From positions 160,001 through 224,000 of the forward strand of contig CAVYGB010000009.1 in assembly GCA_963767925.1 (NCBI GenBank): DNA of 64,000 bases. Reading direction: 5' to 3'. Shown piece after piece: positions 41,666 through 56,438 of the stretch (position 1 is its first letter; each line of letters opens with the position of its first letter). The notes under the pieces are model-generated. The model was not told the origin of the DNA. It was given only the letters and a program-made list of their open reading frames with translations, and ran no database searches. Source of the stretch: an uncultured delta proteobacterium. Lineage in GTDB: Bacteria; Myxococcota_A; Polyangia; Fen-1088. The position numbers were made by a program, and so were the translations under genes.

Positions 41666-42694
41666 TCAGCCGCGCCGGGGGGGGCCCGGCGCGCGGGACG
41701 ACTCGGGGTGCACCTGGTGGCGGTTGCGTCCCTCGCGCTTGGCCACGTAGAGCGCCTCGTCGGCCATGGCGATGAGGCGGGCGCCGACCGCGCTCGGGTC
41801 GGGGACCAGGGTGGCCACCCCCTGGCTGATGGTGACGAGCGGTCCGGCCTCGGGGTGGCCGTGGGGCAGGGCCAGCTCGGCCAGCTTGTCGCGGATGCGG
41901 ACGGCCACGTGGGCGCTGCCGTCCACCGGCGTGTCGGGCAGCAGGGCCACGAACTCCTCACCTCCGTAACGGGCGGCCAGGTCGGCGGTGCGGGAGAGCG
42001 CCTGCCGGAGGCAGGAGGCCACCTGGCTCAGGCACGCGTCGCCCTTGAGGTGGCCCTGGGCGTCGTTGAACTTTTTGAAGTGGTCGACGTCCATCAGGAC
42101 CATCGACAGCGGGGCGCCGGTGCGGCAGGCGCGTGCCCACTCGCTGGCCAGCACCTCGTCGAAGTGGCGCCGGTTGGCCAGCCCGGTCAGCCCGTCCTGG
42201 TTGGACAGGCGCTCGAGGGCGGCGTTGCTCTCCTCGAGCCGCTTGCGCAGGTCGTCGAGGGCCCGGTAGGCCTCGTCCCGCTCGCGCTGGAGCAGGTAGG
42301 TGCGGGAGTGGGCCCGGATGCGCGCGGTCAGCTCGATCTTGTCGGGGATCTTGACCAGGTAGTCGGTGGCGCCCTCGCCGAAGGCCCGGCTCTTTTCCAG
42401 CGGTTGCTCCCTGGACGACAGCACGATGACCGGGATGTCGGAGATCTGGGGCTGCCCGCGGTACACCCGGAGCAACTCGAGGCCGTCCACCCCCGGCATC
42501 ATCAGATCCTGGAGGATGACGGTGGCGCCCACCGAGCGGATGAGGTCCACCGATCTGGCCGGGTCGGAGCAGTAGTGAAAGCTCATGTCGGTCTGGTCGG
42601 CCAGCATGTAGCGCAGCGTCTCTCCGACGATGGCCTGGTCGTCGATCATCACGACGACGATCTTGCGCGGCGGCATCGCCTCCGGGCGGGGCAT
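41666..42694 (-). CDS. wspR: WspR-like REC-GGDEF diguanylate cyclase
   Basis: MIDDQAIVGE, VILQDLMMPGVDG, DYLVKIPDKIEL, RTAD I-site, RYGGEEF. Confidence 0.9.
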   Translation of the reverse strand: MPRPEAMPPRKIVVVMIDDQAIVGETLRYMLADQTDMSFHYCSDPARSVDLIRSVGATVILQDLMMPGVDGLELLRVYRGQPQISDIPVIVLSSREQPLEKSRAFGEGATDYLVKIPDKIELTARIRAHSRTYLLQRERDEAYRALDDLRKRLEESNAALERLSNQDGLTGLANRRHFDEVLASEWARACRTGAPLSMVLMDVDHFKKFNDAQGHLKGDACLSQVASCLRQALSRTADLAARYGGEEFVALLPDTPVDGSAHVAVRIRDKLAELALPHGHPEAGPLVTISQGVATLVPDPSAVGARLIAMADEALYVAKREGRNRHQVHPESSRAPGPPRRG

Positions 42695-42805
42695 CGCTGC
42701 AGGCTTCGACGGCCCGCGCCCGATCCTTGAGGGGCTGCTCGCCCCGCGCTCAAGCCGGGGATCGATTCCACCGACCGAGTCAGCGTCAAAAGCACCGAGG
42801 CCCAC

Positions 42806-43291
42806 TTGGCAACGCTGGCACCGCCCGAACCAGGCTCTACTCGATTTCTCATCGTCCGGGCTGCGGACCGGCTGTGTGGGCTACCGCTGGCCAGCGTCGT
42901 GGAGATCATGCGCCCCCTGCCGCTGCAGGAGCTGGCGGGGCTGCCGGCCTACCTGTGTGGCCTGGCGGTGGTGCGGGGCGAGCCGACCCCGGTTGTCGAT
43001 GTGTCGACCCTGCTCACCGGCGTCGCCGACGGCCGCATCGGCCTCTTTCTCAGCATGCGTTCGGAGGGCCGCCCGTTCGCCCTGGGGGTCGAGGCGGTGC
43101 TGGGCATGCGGGCGGTCGAGCAGGCCAGCCTGCGCGCCTTGCCCGAGCTGCTGGAGCCGGCCCGCGACCTGGTCGACAGCGTCGGCGCGGTGGGGGCCGA
43201 GCTGCTGACCGTCCTCCGCTCGAGCCGGGCCTTCGCCGACGATGTGTGGGCGGGGGTGGAGCGGGCGGCACAACGCTCGGCGGGGCCATGA
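42806..43291 (+). CDS. cheW: CheW-like adaptor (WspB-like)
   Basis: VVEIMRPLP...GLAVVRGEPTPVVD. Confidence 0.85.
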   Translation: MATLAPPEPGSTRFLIVRAADRLCGLPLASVVEIMRPLPLQELAGLPAYLCGLAVVRGEPTPVVDVSTLLTGVADGRIGLFLSMRSEGRPFALGVEAVLGMRAVEQASLRALPELLEPARDLVDSVGAVGAELLTVLRSSRAFADDVWAGVERAAQRSAGP

Positions 43292-44847
43292 CCGACGCCG
43301 ACCGCGCAGCGCTGGAGCGGTTCCGGTCGTTCGTCGCCGAACGGATGGGCTGGGAGATCCCCGACGAGAAGCTGCCCGAGCTGCACGAGCTGCTGCGCGC
43401 CCGCATGGCGGCCACCCGGGCCGACGGCTTCGAGAGCTACCTGCGCCGCCTGGTCGCCCCCGACACCACCGCCGACGAGATCCGGGAGGTGGCCCGGTTG
43501 CTCACCGTGGGGGAGAGCTACTTCTTCCGCAACCTGCACCACTTCCAGGCGCTGCTCGAGGTGGTGCTGCCCGCCCGGGCCGCGGTCCGCCCCCGCACCC
43601 GGGGGCTGACCGTGCTGTCGGCGGGGTGCTCGTCGGGGGAAGAGGCCTACACCATCGCCATGTTGCTGCGCGAGCACCCGGCCTTGACCGGGCACCTGCC
43701 CCCGCCGGCCATCACCGGCATCGACGTGAACCCGACCGTGCTCGACAAGGCCCGGCGCGGCCGCTACACGGAGTGGTCGTTGCGGGCCACCCCGCCCGCC
43801 GCCCGGCAGCGCTGGTTCCGCCGGGAAGGCGGCGAGCTGGCCCTCGACGACAGCCTCCGCAGCATGGTGCGCTTCGAGCTCGGCAACCTGGCCGACAACG
43901 CCACCGGTCCGGCGGCGCCAGCCAGCCTGGACATCATCTTCTGTCGCAACGTCTTCATCTACTTCTCGCGCGAGACCATCCGCAACGCGGTGGACTGCTT
44001 CGCCCGGGCCCTGGAGCCGGGGGGGTACCTCTTTCTCGGCGAGGCCGAGTCGCTGCGCGGGATCTCCACCGCCTTCGAGCTGTGCCACACCCACGAGACC
44101 TTCTATTACCGCCTGCGCGGCAAGCCCGAGCGCCGGGGCGCCGCTCCGCCGCCGGTCACGCCGGCGCCCGAGTGGCTGGCCCGCCCGCAGCCGGCGGCGC
44201 CCGCCGCCGCCGAGGTCCCCGGCAACGAGGCCTGGATGGACGCCATCGGCAAGGCCTCCCGCCGGGTGGCCTCGCTGAGCAAGGGGGCGGCGCGCGCGCG
44301 GGCGGGTGAGCCGGCGGCGCCGCGCGCGCGTGCTCGCCCGGCGGCCTGGGACCTGCAACCCATCCGGGCCCTCGTCGAGCAGGAGCGGGAGGCGGAGGCC
44401 CTGGCCGCGGTGGCGGCCTTGCCGAAGGAGGCCCAGGCCGATCCCGAGGTGAAGCTGCTGGCGGCCGCGCTGCAGACGAACCGGGGCGATCTGGCGGCGG
44501 CCGAGCGCACCTGCCGCGAGCTGCTGGCCCTCGACGAGTTCAACGCCGGGGCCCACTACCTGCTGGCGGTCGGCTGCGAGCAGCGGGCCGCGCTGGCCCA
44601 GGCCCTCGAGCACGACCGCATCGCCACCTACCTCGACCCGGCCTTCGCCATGCCCCGCCTGCAGATGGGGCGGCTGGCCCGCCGGTCGGGCGATCTGGCG
44701 GTGGCCCGGCGCGAGCTGCTCCGCGCGCTGGAGCTGCTCGAGGCCGAGGACGCCAGCCGCCTGGCCCTGTTCGCGGGCGGGTTCTCCCGGGAGGGGCTGC
44801 GCCAGATCTGCCGCACCGAGATCGGCGCCTGCGGAGGTGCCCCCTGA
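43288..44847 (+). CDS. cheR: CheR methyltransferase with C-terminal TPR (WspC-like)
   Basis: TVGESYFFR, SAGCSSGEEAYT, DIIFCRNVFIYF, GYLFLGEAE; TPR tail. Confidence 0.93.
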   Translation: MTDADRAALERFRSFVAERMGWEIPDEKLPELHELLRARMAATRADGFESYLRRLVAPDTTADEIREVARLLTVGESYFFRNLHHFQALLEVVLPARAAVRPRTRGLTVLSAGCSSGEEAYTIAMLLREHPALTGHLPPPAITGIDVNPTVLDKARRGRYTEWSLRATPPAARQRWFRREGGELALDDSLRSMVRFELGNLADNATGPAAPASLDIIFCRNVFIYFSRETIRNAVDCFARALEPGGYLFLGEAESLRGISTAFELCHTHETFYYRLRGKPERRGAAPPPVTPAPEWLARPQPAAPAAAEVPGNEAWMDAIGKASRRVASLSKGAARARAGEPAAPRARARPAAWDLQPIRALVEQEREAEALAAVAALPKEAQADPEVKLLAAALQTNRGDLAAAERTCRELLALDEFNAGAHYLLAVGCEQRAALAQALEHDRIATYLDPAFAMPRLQMGRLARRSGDLAVARRELLRALELLEAEDASRLALFAGGFSREGLRQICRTEIGACGGAP

Positions 44848-44876
44848 GCGCAGGCGAGCCGCGCGCCGCCGCCGGC

Positions 44877-45371
44877 GTGCTGGCCCTGCGGCGGGCCTTC
44901 GACGAGGGCTTCTCCGCCCCGGCCACGGCGGGGACGGCGCTGCAGGTGGACATGCTGGCCATCGGGGTGGCCGAGCAGAACCTCATCGTGCGGCTCGACG
45001 AGGTCGGGCGCATCGCCCGCCTGCGCAAGCGGGTCCCGGTGCCGGGGGCGCGCCCGCAGCTCCTGGGCCTGGTGGCGATCCAGGATCGCCTGCTCGCGCT
45101 GTTCAGCCTGGCCGCCCTGCTGGGGCAGCGGGGCAGCGAGGCCGAGCCCTGGCTGCTGCTGCCGGCGGGCGACCAGCCGGTGGCCCTGGCCTTCGATCGC
45201 TTCGACGGCCTGGTCCGGGTCGGGCAGGCCGCCCTGGCCCGGGGCGACGGGGCGGAGGGCGACCGGTCGCTGGCTGGCGGGCTGGTGCGGGTGGGTGACC
45301 TGGTGCGGGGGGTGCTCGATCTGCGGGCGGTGCTCGAGGAGATCGGGCGGTCGTCCGGCGGGGCGGGGTGA
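44877..45371 (+). CDS. cheW: Second CheW-like adaptor (WspD-like)
   Basis: [29 protein letters not shown]. Confidence 0.8.
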   Translation: MLALRRAFDEGFSAPATAGTALQVDMLAIGVAEQNLIVRLDEVGRIARLRKRVPVPGARPQLLGLVAIQDRLLALFSLAALLGQRGSEAEPWLLLPAGDQPVALAFDRFDGLVRVGQAALARGDGAEGDRSLAGGLVRVGDLVRGVLDLRAVLEEIGRSSGGAG

Positions 45372-45388
45372 GGAAAAGGAGCCAAGGC

Positions 45389-46855
45389 ATGGACGGGTCG
45401 TGGTCGGTAGGAAGAAAGATCACCGGGAGCTTCGCGGTGGTGCTGGCGCTGGGGGCGTTCGTCGGGGCGGTGGCCATCGTGGCCACCGGATCGATCGTGT
45501 CCCACCAGGACCGCACCGCGCGCGAGCAGCAGGCGATGGTGGAAACCGTCCGCTTCGAGGCCCTGGTCCAGGCCAAGGTGTCCGAGGGGCGGGGGTACAT
45601 GCTGATCGGTGACCCGGCCATGTTGACCCGGCTGCAGGCCTACGAGGACCAGGGCAGCCGCCTGCTGACCGAGCTGCGCACGGGGGCTGACGATCCGGAG
45701 CTGCACCGGCTGATCGACGCCGTCGACCAGATGGACAAGGATCACACCGCCTTCACCTCCCGCTTGCTGGAGGCGCACAAGGTGGCCGGCGGCTCGGTGG
45801 CGGCGGTGCGGGAGCTGCTGCGCGAAAAGGCGCTCCGGGTCGAGCGGCTGACCGCCGCGATCCGCGCGGTGGTCGAGCAGGAGGAGCGCACCCTGGCCAG
45901 CGAGGAGAAGGCCAACGCCGCCAGCGTGTCGAGCTGGCGCACGGTGTTGCTGGTGTCCACCTGTGCCGCCATCCTGCTCGGCATCGCGCTGGCGAGCGTG
46001 CTCCGGCGCAGCCTGATCCGGGAGCTGGGGGTTGCCGTGCAGAACGTGCGCAACTCGTCGACCGAGCTGCAGGCCGCCGCCAACCAGCAGGCCACCGCCT
46101 CCAAGCAGCAGGCGGCGGCGACCAACGAGACCACCACCACCTTGCGCGAGCTGTCGGCGACCGCCCGCCAGATCGCGGAGAGCGCGCAGCGGGTGTCGGA
46201 GATCGCCGGGCAGACCACCGACGCCGCCCAGGAGGGGGATCGCACCATCCAGCGGGCCCAGGACGCGCTCGGCAGCATCAAGCGGCAGGTCGACCAGATC
46301 GTGAGCCACATGCTCGACCTCGGCAAGAAGTCGCAGCAGGTGGGGGGCATCCTCGACGTCATCAACGAGCTGGCCGAGCAGACGAACATCCTCGCCATCA
46401 ACGCCACCATCGAGGCGGCGGGGGCGGGCGACTCGGGGCGCCGGTTCGCGGTGGTGGCCGACGAGATCCGCAAGCTGGCCGACCGGGTGGGCGGCTCGAC
46501 CAAGGACATCCGGGTGCTGATCGACGAGGTGCGCACCGCCGTCAACACGACCGTGATGGCCACCGAGCAGGGGACCAAGGCGGTGGACTCGGGCATGCGC
46601 CAGGTGGGCGACGTGGCCGCCGCCTTCGGGCGCATCGCCGGCATGGTCGGGACGACGACCGAGGCGGCCAGGGAGATCGAGCTGTCGACAAAGCAGCAGA
46701 CGACCGCGGTCGACCAGGTCAACACCGCCATGGTCAACGTCTCGCAGGCGGCCAAGGAGACCGAGGCCTCGGCCAGCCAGACCCTGGCCACCGCCTCGCA
46801 GCTCGCCGGGCTGTCACGGGATCTGAACCGCCTGGTCCAGACCACGGCGGCCTAG
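45389..46855 (+). CDS. Methyl-accepting chemotaxis protein (WspA-like)
   Basis: Two TM segments around a helical sensor; [17 protein letters not shown]...[12 protein letters not shown]. Confidence 0.95.
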   Translation: MDGSWSVGRKITGSFAVVLALGAFVGAVAIVATGSIVSHQDRTAREQQAMVETVRFEALVQAKVSEGRGYMLIGDPAMLTRLQAYEDQGSRLLTELRTGADDPELHRLIDAVDQMDKDHTAFTSRLLEAHKVAGGSVAAVRELLREKALRVERLTAAIRAVVEQEERTLASEEKANAASVSSWRTVLLVSTCAAILLGIALASVLRRSLIRELGVAVQNVRNSSTELQAAANQQATASKQQAAATNETTTTLRELSATARQIAESAQRVSEIAGQTTDAAQEGDRTIQRAQDALGSIKRQVDQIVSHMLDLGKKSQQVGGILDVINELAEQTNILAINATIEAAGAGDSGRRFAVVADEIRKLADRVGGSTKDIRVLIDEVRTAVNTTVMATEQGTKAVDSGMRQVGDVAAAFGRIAGMVGTTTEAAREIELSTKQQTTAVDQVNTAMVNVSQAAKETEASASQTLATASQLAGLSRDLNRLVQTTAA

Positions 46856-46870
46856 CCGGTCCGGCCACCG

Positions 46871-49087
46871 ATGGGCAAGGACCCGTACAAGTACTTCCGG
46901 ATCGAAGCGCGCGAGCTGCTGGAGGGGCTCACCCAGGGCGTGCTGGCGCTGCAGGAGCGTCCGGGCGACAAGGAGCCGCTCGCCAGCCTGCTGCGGCTGG
47001 CCCACACCCTCAAGGGGGCCTCCCGGGTGGTCAAGCTGACCGCGATCGGGTCGGCCGCCCACGACATGGAGGAGCGGCTGGCTCCCCACCGCGCGGCCGG
47101 CGACGCCGTGCCGATGGCCACCACCCAGGAGCTGTTTCGCCTGATCGACGCCATCACCGGCGAGGTGAACGTCATCGCCGCCCCCGGGGCCGAGGCGCCC
47201 GCGCCGGCCGCCAGGGCGCCGGTCGCGGCGGGCAAGGGGCCAGCGGCCGGGGCCGCCGCGTCCGGGCCCAGCGCGGCGACCGACGCGGTGGCGGCTGGGG
47301 CGGCGCCCCGGTCCCTCCCGTCGGTCACGACCAAGATGACGGTTCCCGAGCGGCCGGCGGCGCCCGCCCCGACGCCCCCGCCTGCCGCGCCCGCCCCGGC
47401 CGCGCCTCTGCAGATCGCCGACACGGTCCGGGTCGAGATCGCCGACGTGGACGCGATCCTCAGCAGCCTCTCGGAGGCCACCGCCCAGGTGTCGGCCCTG
47501 CGCCAGGGGGCGCTGGCGGGCAAGCGGGTGCGCGACCTGGTCAACGCCCTCGGGCTGGCCCTGGGCCGGGCGCCGCCGGGCGCGCTCGAAAGCGTGCGGG
47601 GGCTGCTCGGCGATCTCACCGCCGCCTCGACTCAGAGCGAGCGGCCGCTGGCCGCGGGGGTCGACCGCCTCGACCGCGAGCTGGGTCAGGTGCGCGACAA
47701 GGTCAGCCAGCTCCGGCTGTTGCCCGCCCAGACCATCTTCGCCCCGCTGATCCGGGCGGCCAACGACGCCGCCGATTCGCTGGGCAAGCGGATCGAGGTC
47801 AGCAGCGCGGGCGGGGAGGCCCGGCTGGAGGCCCACGTCCTGTCGCGGGTGCGGGCGGCGCTGCTGCACATGGTGCGCAACGCCGTGGCCCACGGCATCG
47901 AGCCGGCGGCGGCCCGCCTGGCCGCCGGCAAGCCCGCCGCCGGCCGGGTCGAGATCCGGGCCCAGCGCCGGGGCAACGAGGTCACCTTCGTCTGCCTCGA
48001 CGACGGCCGGGGCATCGACTGGGAGGCCGTGCGCCGGACCGCCGTCGAGCGCGGCCTCTGCCCGCCCGAGCAGGTGGGGACCCTCGACACCCGGCGGTTG
48101 ACCCAGGTGCTGCTGGGCGGGGGGGTCAGCACCACCCGGGTCGTCGACGAGGTCTCGGGCCGCGGCGTTGGCCTCAACGTCGTCGACGAGGTGGTACGCG
48201 AGCTGCGCGGGACCTTCGTCCTCGAGAGCACCCCGGGGGCCGGCGCCCGCTTCGCCCTCACCATCCCCATCTCCATGTCGGCGCTGACCGCCATCGCCCT
48301 CGAGGTGGGCGGGCACCGGGTCTGGCTGCCGCTCGAGGCGGTTGGCCACACCGTGCGCGTGCCGGCCGACCAGATCGTCCGCTCGAGCGACGGGGAGACC
48401 ATCTTGTACGAGGAGCAGGCCATCCCCTTCGCCGCCCTCGACCGGGTGCTGAACCTCCCCTCCCCGACCGGGGCGGCCAGCTATTCGGCCGCCCTCATCG
48501 AGGTGGACGGCCGCTGCGCCGCGGTCGGCGCCGAGCGGCTGGGCGAGGTGGCTACCATCGTGGTGCGGCCCATCCCTCCGGTGGCCGGCGCCCCCGCCCT
48601 GGTGGGCGGCGCGACCCTCGACGCCGAGGGCAACCCGGTGCTGGTGCTCAGCCCGGCCGGCCTGGTCGAGGCGGTGACCGCCGCCCGGGCCCGCCGGGAG
48701 GAGGCGCCCCGCAAGGTGGAGAAGCAGCCCATCCTGGTCATCGACGACTCGCTCACGACCCGCATGCTCGAGCAGAGCATCCTCGAGGCCGCCGGCTACG
48801 AGGTCGACACCGCGGTCTCCGCCGAGGACGGGCTCAAGAAGGCCAACGAGCGGCGCTACGGCCTGTTCCTCGTCGACGTCGAGATGCCCGGCATGAACGG
48901 CTTCGAGTTCGTGGCCCACACGAGGGCCCAGCCTGCGTTTCGTGACATCCCCGCCATCCTCGTGACGTCGCTGTCGTCGGCGGAGCACCGGCGGCGGGGC
49001 GCCGAGGTGGGCGCCTATGCCTACATGGTGAAGGGGGAATACGACGAGGGGAGGCTGCGGCAGCTCATCCGCAGCGTGATCGGGTGA
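46871..49087 (+). CDS. cheA: CheA-REC hybrid kinase (WspE-like)
   Basis: LAHTLKG Hpt; HMVRNAVAHGIE; DDGRG; SGRGVGL; CheW domain; C-terminal REC. Confidence 0.95.
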   Translation: MGKDPYKYFRIEARELLEGLTQGVLALQERPGDKEPLASLLRLAHTLKGASRVVKLTAIGSAAHDMEERLAPHRAAGDAVPMATTQELFRLIDAITGEVNVIAAPGAEAPAPAARAPVAAGKGPAAGAAASGPSAATDAVAAGAAPRSLPSVTTKMTVPERPAAPAPTPPPAAPAPAAPLQIADTVRVEIADVDAILSSLSEATAQVSALRQGALAGKRVRDLVNALGLALGRAPPGALESVRGLLGDLTAASTQSERPLAAGVDRLDRELGQVRDKVSQLRLLPAQTIFAPLIRAANDAADSLGKRIEVSSAGGEARLEAHVLSRVRAALLHMVRNAVAHGIEPAAARLAAGKPAAGRVEIRAQRRGNEVTFVCLDDGRGIDWEAVRRTAVERGLCPPEQVGTLDTRRLTQVLLGGGVSTTRVVDEVSGRGVGLNVVDEVVRELRGTFVLESTPGAGARFALTIPISMSALTAIALEVGGHRVWLPLEAVGHTVRVPADQIVRSSDGETILYEEQAIPFAALDRVLNLPSPTGAASYSAALIEVDGRCAAVGAERLGEVATIVVRPIPPVAGAPALVGGATLDAEGNPVLVLSPAGLVEAVTAARARREEAPRKVEKQPILVIDDSLTTRMLEQSILEAAGYEVDTAVSAEDGLKKANERRYGLFLVDVEMPGMNGFEFVAHTRAQPAFRDIPAILVTSLSSAEHRRRGAEVGAYAYMVKGEYDEGRLRQLIRSVIG

Positions 49088-50189
49088 GCGCGGCCAAGAT
49101 CCGGGTCCTGGTGGCGGAGGACTCCCTCACCATCCGCAAGCGGCTGTGTGAGGTGCTGTCCTCCGATCCCGCCCTCGAGGTGGTGGGCGAGGCGGCCGAC
49201 GGGGCCCAGGCGGTGCACCTGTGCCGCACGTTGCGCCCGAGCATCATGACCCTGGACATGATGATGCCGAAGATGAACGGCCTCGCCGTCACCGAGGAGG
49301 TGATGGCCTACGCCCCCACGCCGATCCTCATCGTGTCGGCCTCCGCCAACCGGGGCGAGCTGTTCACCACCTTCGAGGCGCTGGCCGCCGGCGCCGTCGA
49401 CGTGCTCGACAAGCCGAGCGGCGACGAGGCGGCCGAGGCCTGGGAGCGCAAGCTCATCGCCCGGGTCAAGCTCGTCTCCCGCATCAAGGTGATCACCCAC
49501 CCCCGGGGCAAGCTGCAGCCGCGTGAGCCGCAGGCGCCGGCGGTCAGCAGCAGCAGCGCCAGCCTGCCGATCGCCGGCGGGGTGACCTTTGAGTCGATCT
49601 CCGGGGGTCCGCGCCCCCGCCTGGTGGCGATCGGCGCCTCGACCGGCGGCCCCAGCGCCATAACCACCGTGCTGCGCCAGCTCCCCGCCAGCTACCCGCT
49701 GCCGATCCTGTTCGTGATCCACATCGGCCAGCCGTTCGGGCAGTCCTTCGCCGAATGGCTCGACAGCCAGTCGCCCATCCGCGTCCGCATGGCGACCGAC
49801 CGCCAGCCCTTGCCCCAGCCGGGCCAGCCCATCGTCCTGGTGGCGCCCCCCGACAAGCACCTGACCGTCGAGCGGGGCTACCTCCGGGTGCAGGGGGGGC
49901 CGGAGCGCCACTCCTGCCGCCCCTCGGTCGACGTGATGTTCGAGTCGCTGGCCCGGGAGATGGGGCGCGACGTGGTGGCCGGTCTGCTGACCGGCATGGG
50001 GCGCGACGGCGCCGACGGGCTGCTGGCCCTGCGCAAGGCGGGGGCCCTCACCCTGGCCCAGAACGAGGAGACCTCGGTGGTGTGGGGCATGCCGCGCGAG
50101 GCGATCGAGCTCGGCGCCGCCCGCTACGTCGTGGGGCTGGACGAGCTGGCGGCCAAGCTGGTGCAGATCGCCAACGGGAGCCCGCTGCC

Positions 50190-50193
<4 letters not shown>
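49084..50193 (+). CDS. cheB: CheB methylesterase (WspF-like)
   Basis: REC domain; [26 protein letters not shown]. Confidence 0.95.
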
Positions 50194-53669
<3,476 letters not shown>

Positions 53670-53853
53670 CTCCGAGCGCGCCTGGCGCGGGTCGCATCAT
53701 CCCGGCACCGCCCGCAGGGACCCGGCAGGCACGACCTGGCTGTCGTGCTTCGGTTGCTGACGCAAGCCAACAGCCGGCGCGTTCGGCGGCCTACCGGCTG
53801 GATCCTCTCTTGCTGATCAGCTGATCACCTCGCAGTGACCAGTCCGTCATCGG

Positions 53854-54440
53854 GATGCCCTTGGGTGTCAGCGGCGGTGGGCACCGACACAACCGCAGGT
53901 GGGATCGCCAGACGCGGACGCGGGCGATGCAGGAGAAGACGCCTCGCCGGATCTCTTCCCGGCGGATCGAGCATCGGAAGACGTGAATCCAGGCCCGGAT
54001 GAACGCCAAGCGGATGCTGGAGACGATGATGGTCTGAGCCTGCAACAATGCGCCCCTTTCACAGAGGCCCGGCCGGCTGCGTTCGCTCATCATCCCCACA
54101 ACGCCCTGACCATGGAAGGCGGTTGGGCCCCCCAGGATTTCTCCGGCCCCGGACGGGTCACGGTCATCAACCGCTCCGACAGAATTGACTTCATCGGGTC
54201 GAATTGATGACCTCAGGTGCCTGTCCTGACCTTCCTGACAAAAAACCGTACCTGTACATTCTTCGGCCGAACGTCGATTGGGGCCTCCAGCTGGGCGATG
54301 AAGTGAAGGTTAGCCTGATAGGGAACGGTGTCTTTACCGACCTTTGGCGGGCAGGCATGAATGGAGCCGTCGTCTTTGATGAAGGAGGAAACCTCACCGA
54401 AGAGACAAAACTCCTCCGGAACCATCCGTCGCCAAGCTGA
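53854..54440 (+). pseudogene. Lower-GC broken or hypothetical lipoprotein-like ORFs
   Basis: LGC plus DAGD-rich linker (53854-54207) followed by overlapping ORF 54204..54440. Confidence 0.35.
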
Positions 54441-54539
54441 AGTGCTCGATGAAAAGACCCGCGCTACGACGTACACGGTCCTTGCCTGCCAGCGGAGCGG
54501 CGTCGGCCTCGCTGGCTGGACGCCGGACGCCGGTCGGTT

Positions 54540-54770
54540 CGAGTATCCCGGCCGAGGCCCTTCCGGCCGCGCTTCGCGACCTTTTCTGGAGTTACGACTT
54601 CGCGCAGTTGCGGCTTCCGGACGATCTCGACCTCGTCATGCTCCACGTCCTCAACTACGGGAAGCCCTCCCATCGTCGGTGGCTAGAGCAGCGCTTCGGT
54701 GACGTTGGCATCCGCCGCTGGATCCTCCGGCAGCGTGGCAGAGGACTGACCGTCAAGCAGATGTCTCGGT
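54540..54770 (+). pseudogene. DUF6922-like fragment (usually the partner of AbiEii-type nucleotidyltransferases)
   Basis: LPAALRDLFWSYDF...VLNYG...WL..RFG; no clear start or stop and no toxin gene adjacent. Confidence 0.55.
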
Positions 54771-55310
54771 CTAGTTGTCTGCGGCGGCGTCCCTGTTCCC
54801 GCCGCCGAAACAACCTCGGAGCGGAACGCCCAGGCACCGACCCTCCGCGCACCGTGCCTCGTTGTGTCCGCAGTCGAAATGTCCGGTTGTCCGCCGACAG
54901 CCAGCGCGCGAGAAGTCTTCGCGGAGGCTTCCGGCAGACGACCTGGCAAAAGCCGCTCGGTTCACTGTCGCCCTGCAGGTGTCGTCGATGTTTTCGGCCT
55001 TGTAGAGCGCTTCGCAGGTGTCGTTGTTACCCGCCATCAAGAGACAGTCCGAGTCTCTTGCGCAGGAGCGATCCATCGCGGCGACCGTTCGCCTCCATTC
55101 CGCTTCCAGGTCGGAACAATCCTGGTTCCTGCAGGAAGTCTGGCCTGCAAGCACAAGCCAAACCGTGAGGCTGGAGATCGTGGCGCGATAGGATCGTCTC
55201 ATCGATAGCCCCATCCTGTCCTCGGGCCGCACGTTGGCTGGGTGAATCACATGACCACATCCCAGTAGATGTGCGACTGCGAATCCAAGGAGAGCGAAGC
55301 GAAGGCGCAT
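54771..55310 (-). CDS. Cys-rich hypothetical secreted protein or lipoprotein (possibly chimeric)
   Basis: LLGC lipobox; SCARDSDC, CAEGRC myxobacterial-type Cys motifs. Confidence 0.45.
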   Translation of the reverse strand: MRLRFALLGFAVAHLLGCGHVIHPANVRPEDRMGLSMRRSYRATISSLTVWLVLAGQTSCRNQDCSDLEAEWRRTVAAMDRSCARDSDCLLMAGNNDTCEALYKAENIDDTCRATVNRAAFARSSAGSLREDFSRAGCRRTTGHFDCGHNEARCAEGRCLGVPLRGCFGGGNRDAAADN

Positions 55311-55601
55311 CCAGCCCGATCCTTAGCCTGGCGGAGACTCCAGAGAGCTCGACAGCTTCGAATCTCGAATGTGCTGTTCCCGGGGCATTTCCGTGCAAGC
55401 CAGGAGTCGGTGGCGGTAGCCGGATTCCTTCAGGGTGGGCCTTCGGGTCCTGGCGATCGTGGCTCTCCCTGGAACCTCGCACGAGCCCGCAGCAGCGGGC
55501 GGGGCAGGGTGGGGGGTGGGCTTGCCCTACCCGGGGCGGGGGCTGTGCGGGTGGGGCCTTCGGTCGGGGCGGGGATCGTCCGAAAAGGGGGACGGGGCCA
55601 C

Positions 55602-56438
55602 ATGCCGGGGCAGCCATCTTCGAGCCATGCGGATGAACCGTCGGGAGTGGGCGGGCAGGGGCGGCGGCGGGCGCCCGATGAGGCCCTGCGCCTGCTGGTG
55701 CGGCACCAGTGGGTGCGCGAGCACGACACGCCCCGGGTCACGGTGCTGGCCGGGGCGCCGCGCAGCGGCCGGGCCCTGTGGGAGGAGTGGCTGGCGCTCG
55801 CCGGTCGCCCGCGTCCGGCCCACCCCGTGTTCGAGCAGCCGGCGCGGGTGGACGGGGCCTGGCTGGATCGCACGGCCCGCCGCGCGGTCGAGCTGGCGGT
55901 AGCGGCCCCCCGGGCGCCGATTGCCCTCGCCGTGGCGCCCACTCTGCTCGATGGCTGGCTGGGCACCCGGGAGGATCGCCTGGCCGCGGTTGTGCGCGAG
56001 GGGATCGTCCGCCTGCGTGGCACCACCCGCCGCACCCGACCGGTGCGGGTCGCGGCGCCCGGCGGGGACCCCCGGTTTCTCCGCAAGGCCCGCAGCCTGG
56101 GCGAGCTGACCCTGTTCGAGGCGCTGGAGGCCACCCCGGCGACCCGGGGTCGCTTCGAGCTAAACGCCCTCATCAGCGTCGACTTCGGGGGGCGCCCCGC
56201 CGAGGTCGACCTGCTGTCGCGGGCCGACGAGATCGCCATCGAGATCGACGGCTACCACCACTTCACCGACGAGCGCGGCTACCGCCGCGACCGGCGCAAG
56301 GACCTGGTGCTGCAGGCCCATGGCTACGCCGTCCTTCGCTTCCTGGCCACCGACGTCCAGAGCAACACCCGCGATGCCGTCCGCACGGTCATCGAGCTGA
56401 TCGGCCAGCGCCGCCGCCACAGGAGGATCCAACGATGA
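55602..56438 (+). CDS. DUF559/Vsr-like endonuclease-domain protein
   Basis: ARSLGELTLF...EVDLL...IAIEIDGYHH...YRRDRRKDLVLQAHGYAVLRF; start uncertain. Confidence 0.85.
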   Translation: MPGQPSSSHADEPSGVGGQGRRRAPDEALRLLVRHQWVREHDTPRVTVLAGAPRSGRALWEEWLALAGRPRPAHPVFEQPARVDGAWLDRTARRAVELAVAAPRAPIALAVAPTLLDGWLGTREDRLAAVVREGIVRLRGTTRRTRPVRVAAPGGDPRFLRKARSLGELTLFEALEATPATRGRFELNALISVDFGGRPAEVDLLSRADEIAIEIDGYHHFTDERGYRRDRRKDLVLQAHGYAVLRFLATDVQSNTRDAVRTVIELIGQRRRHRRIQR

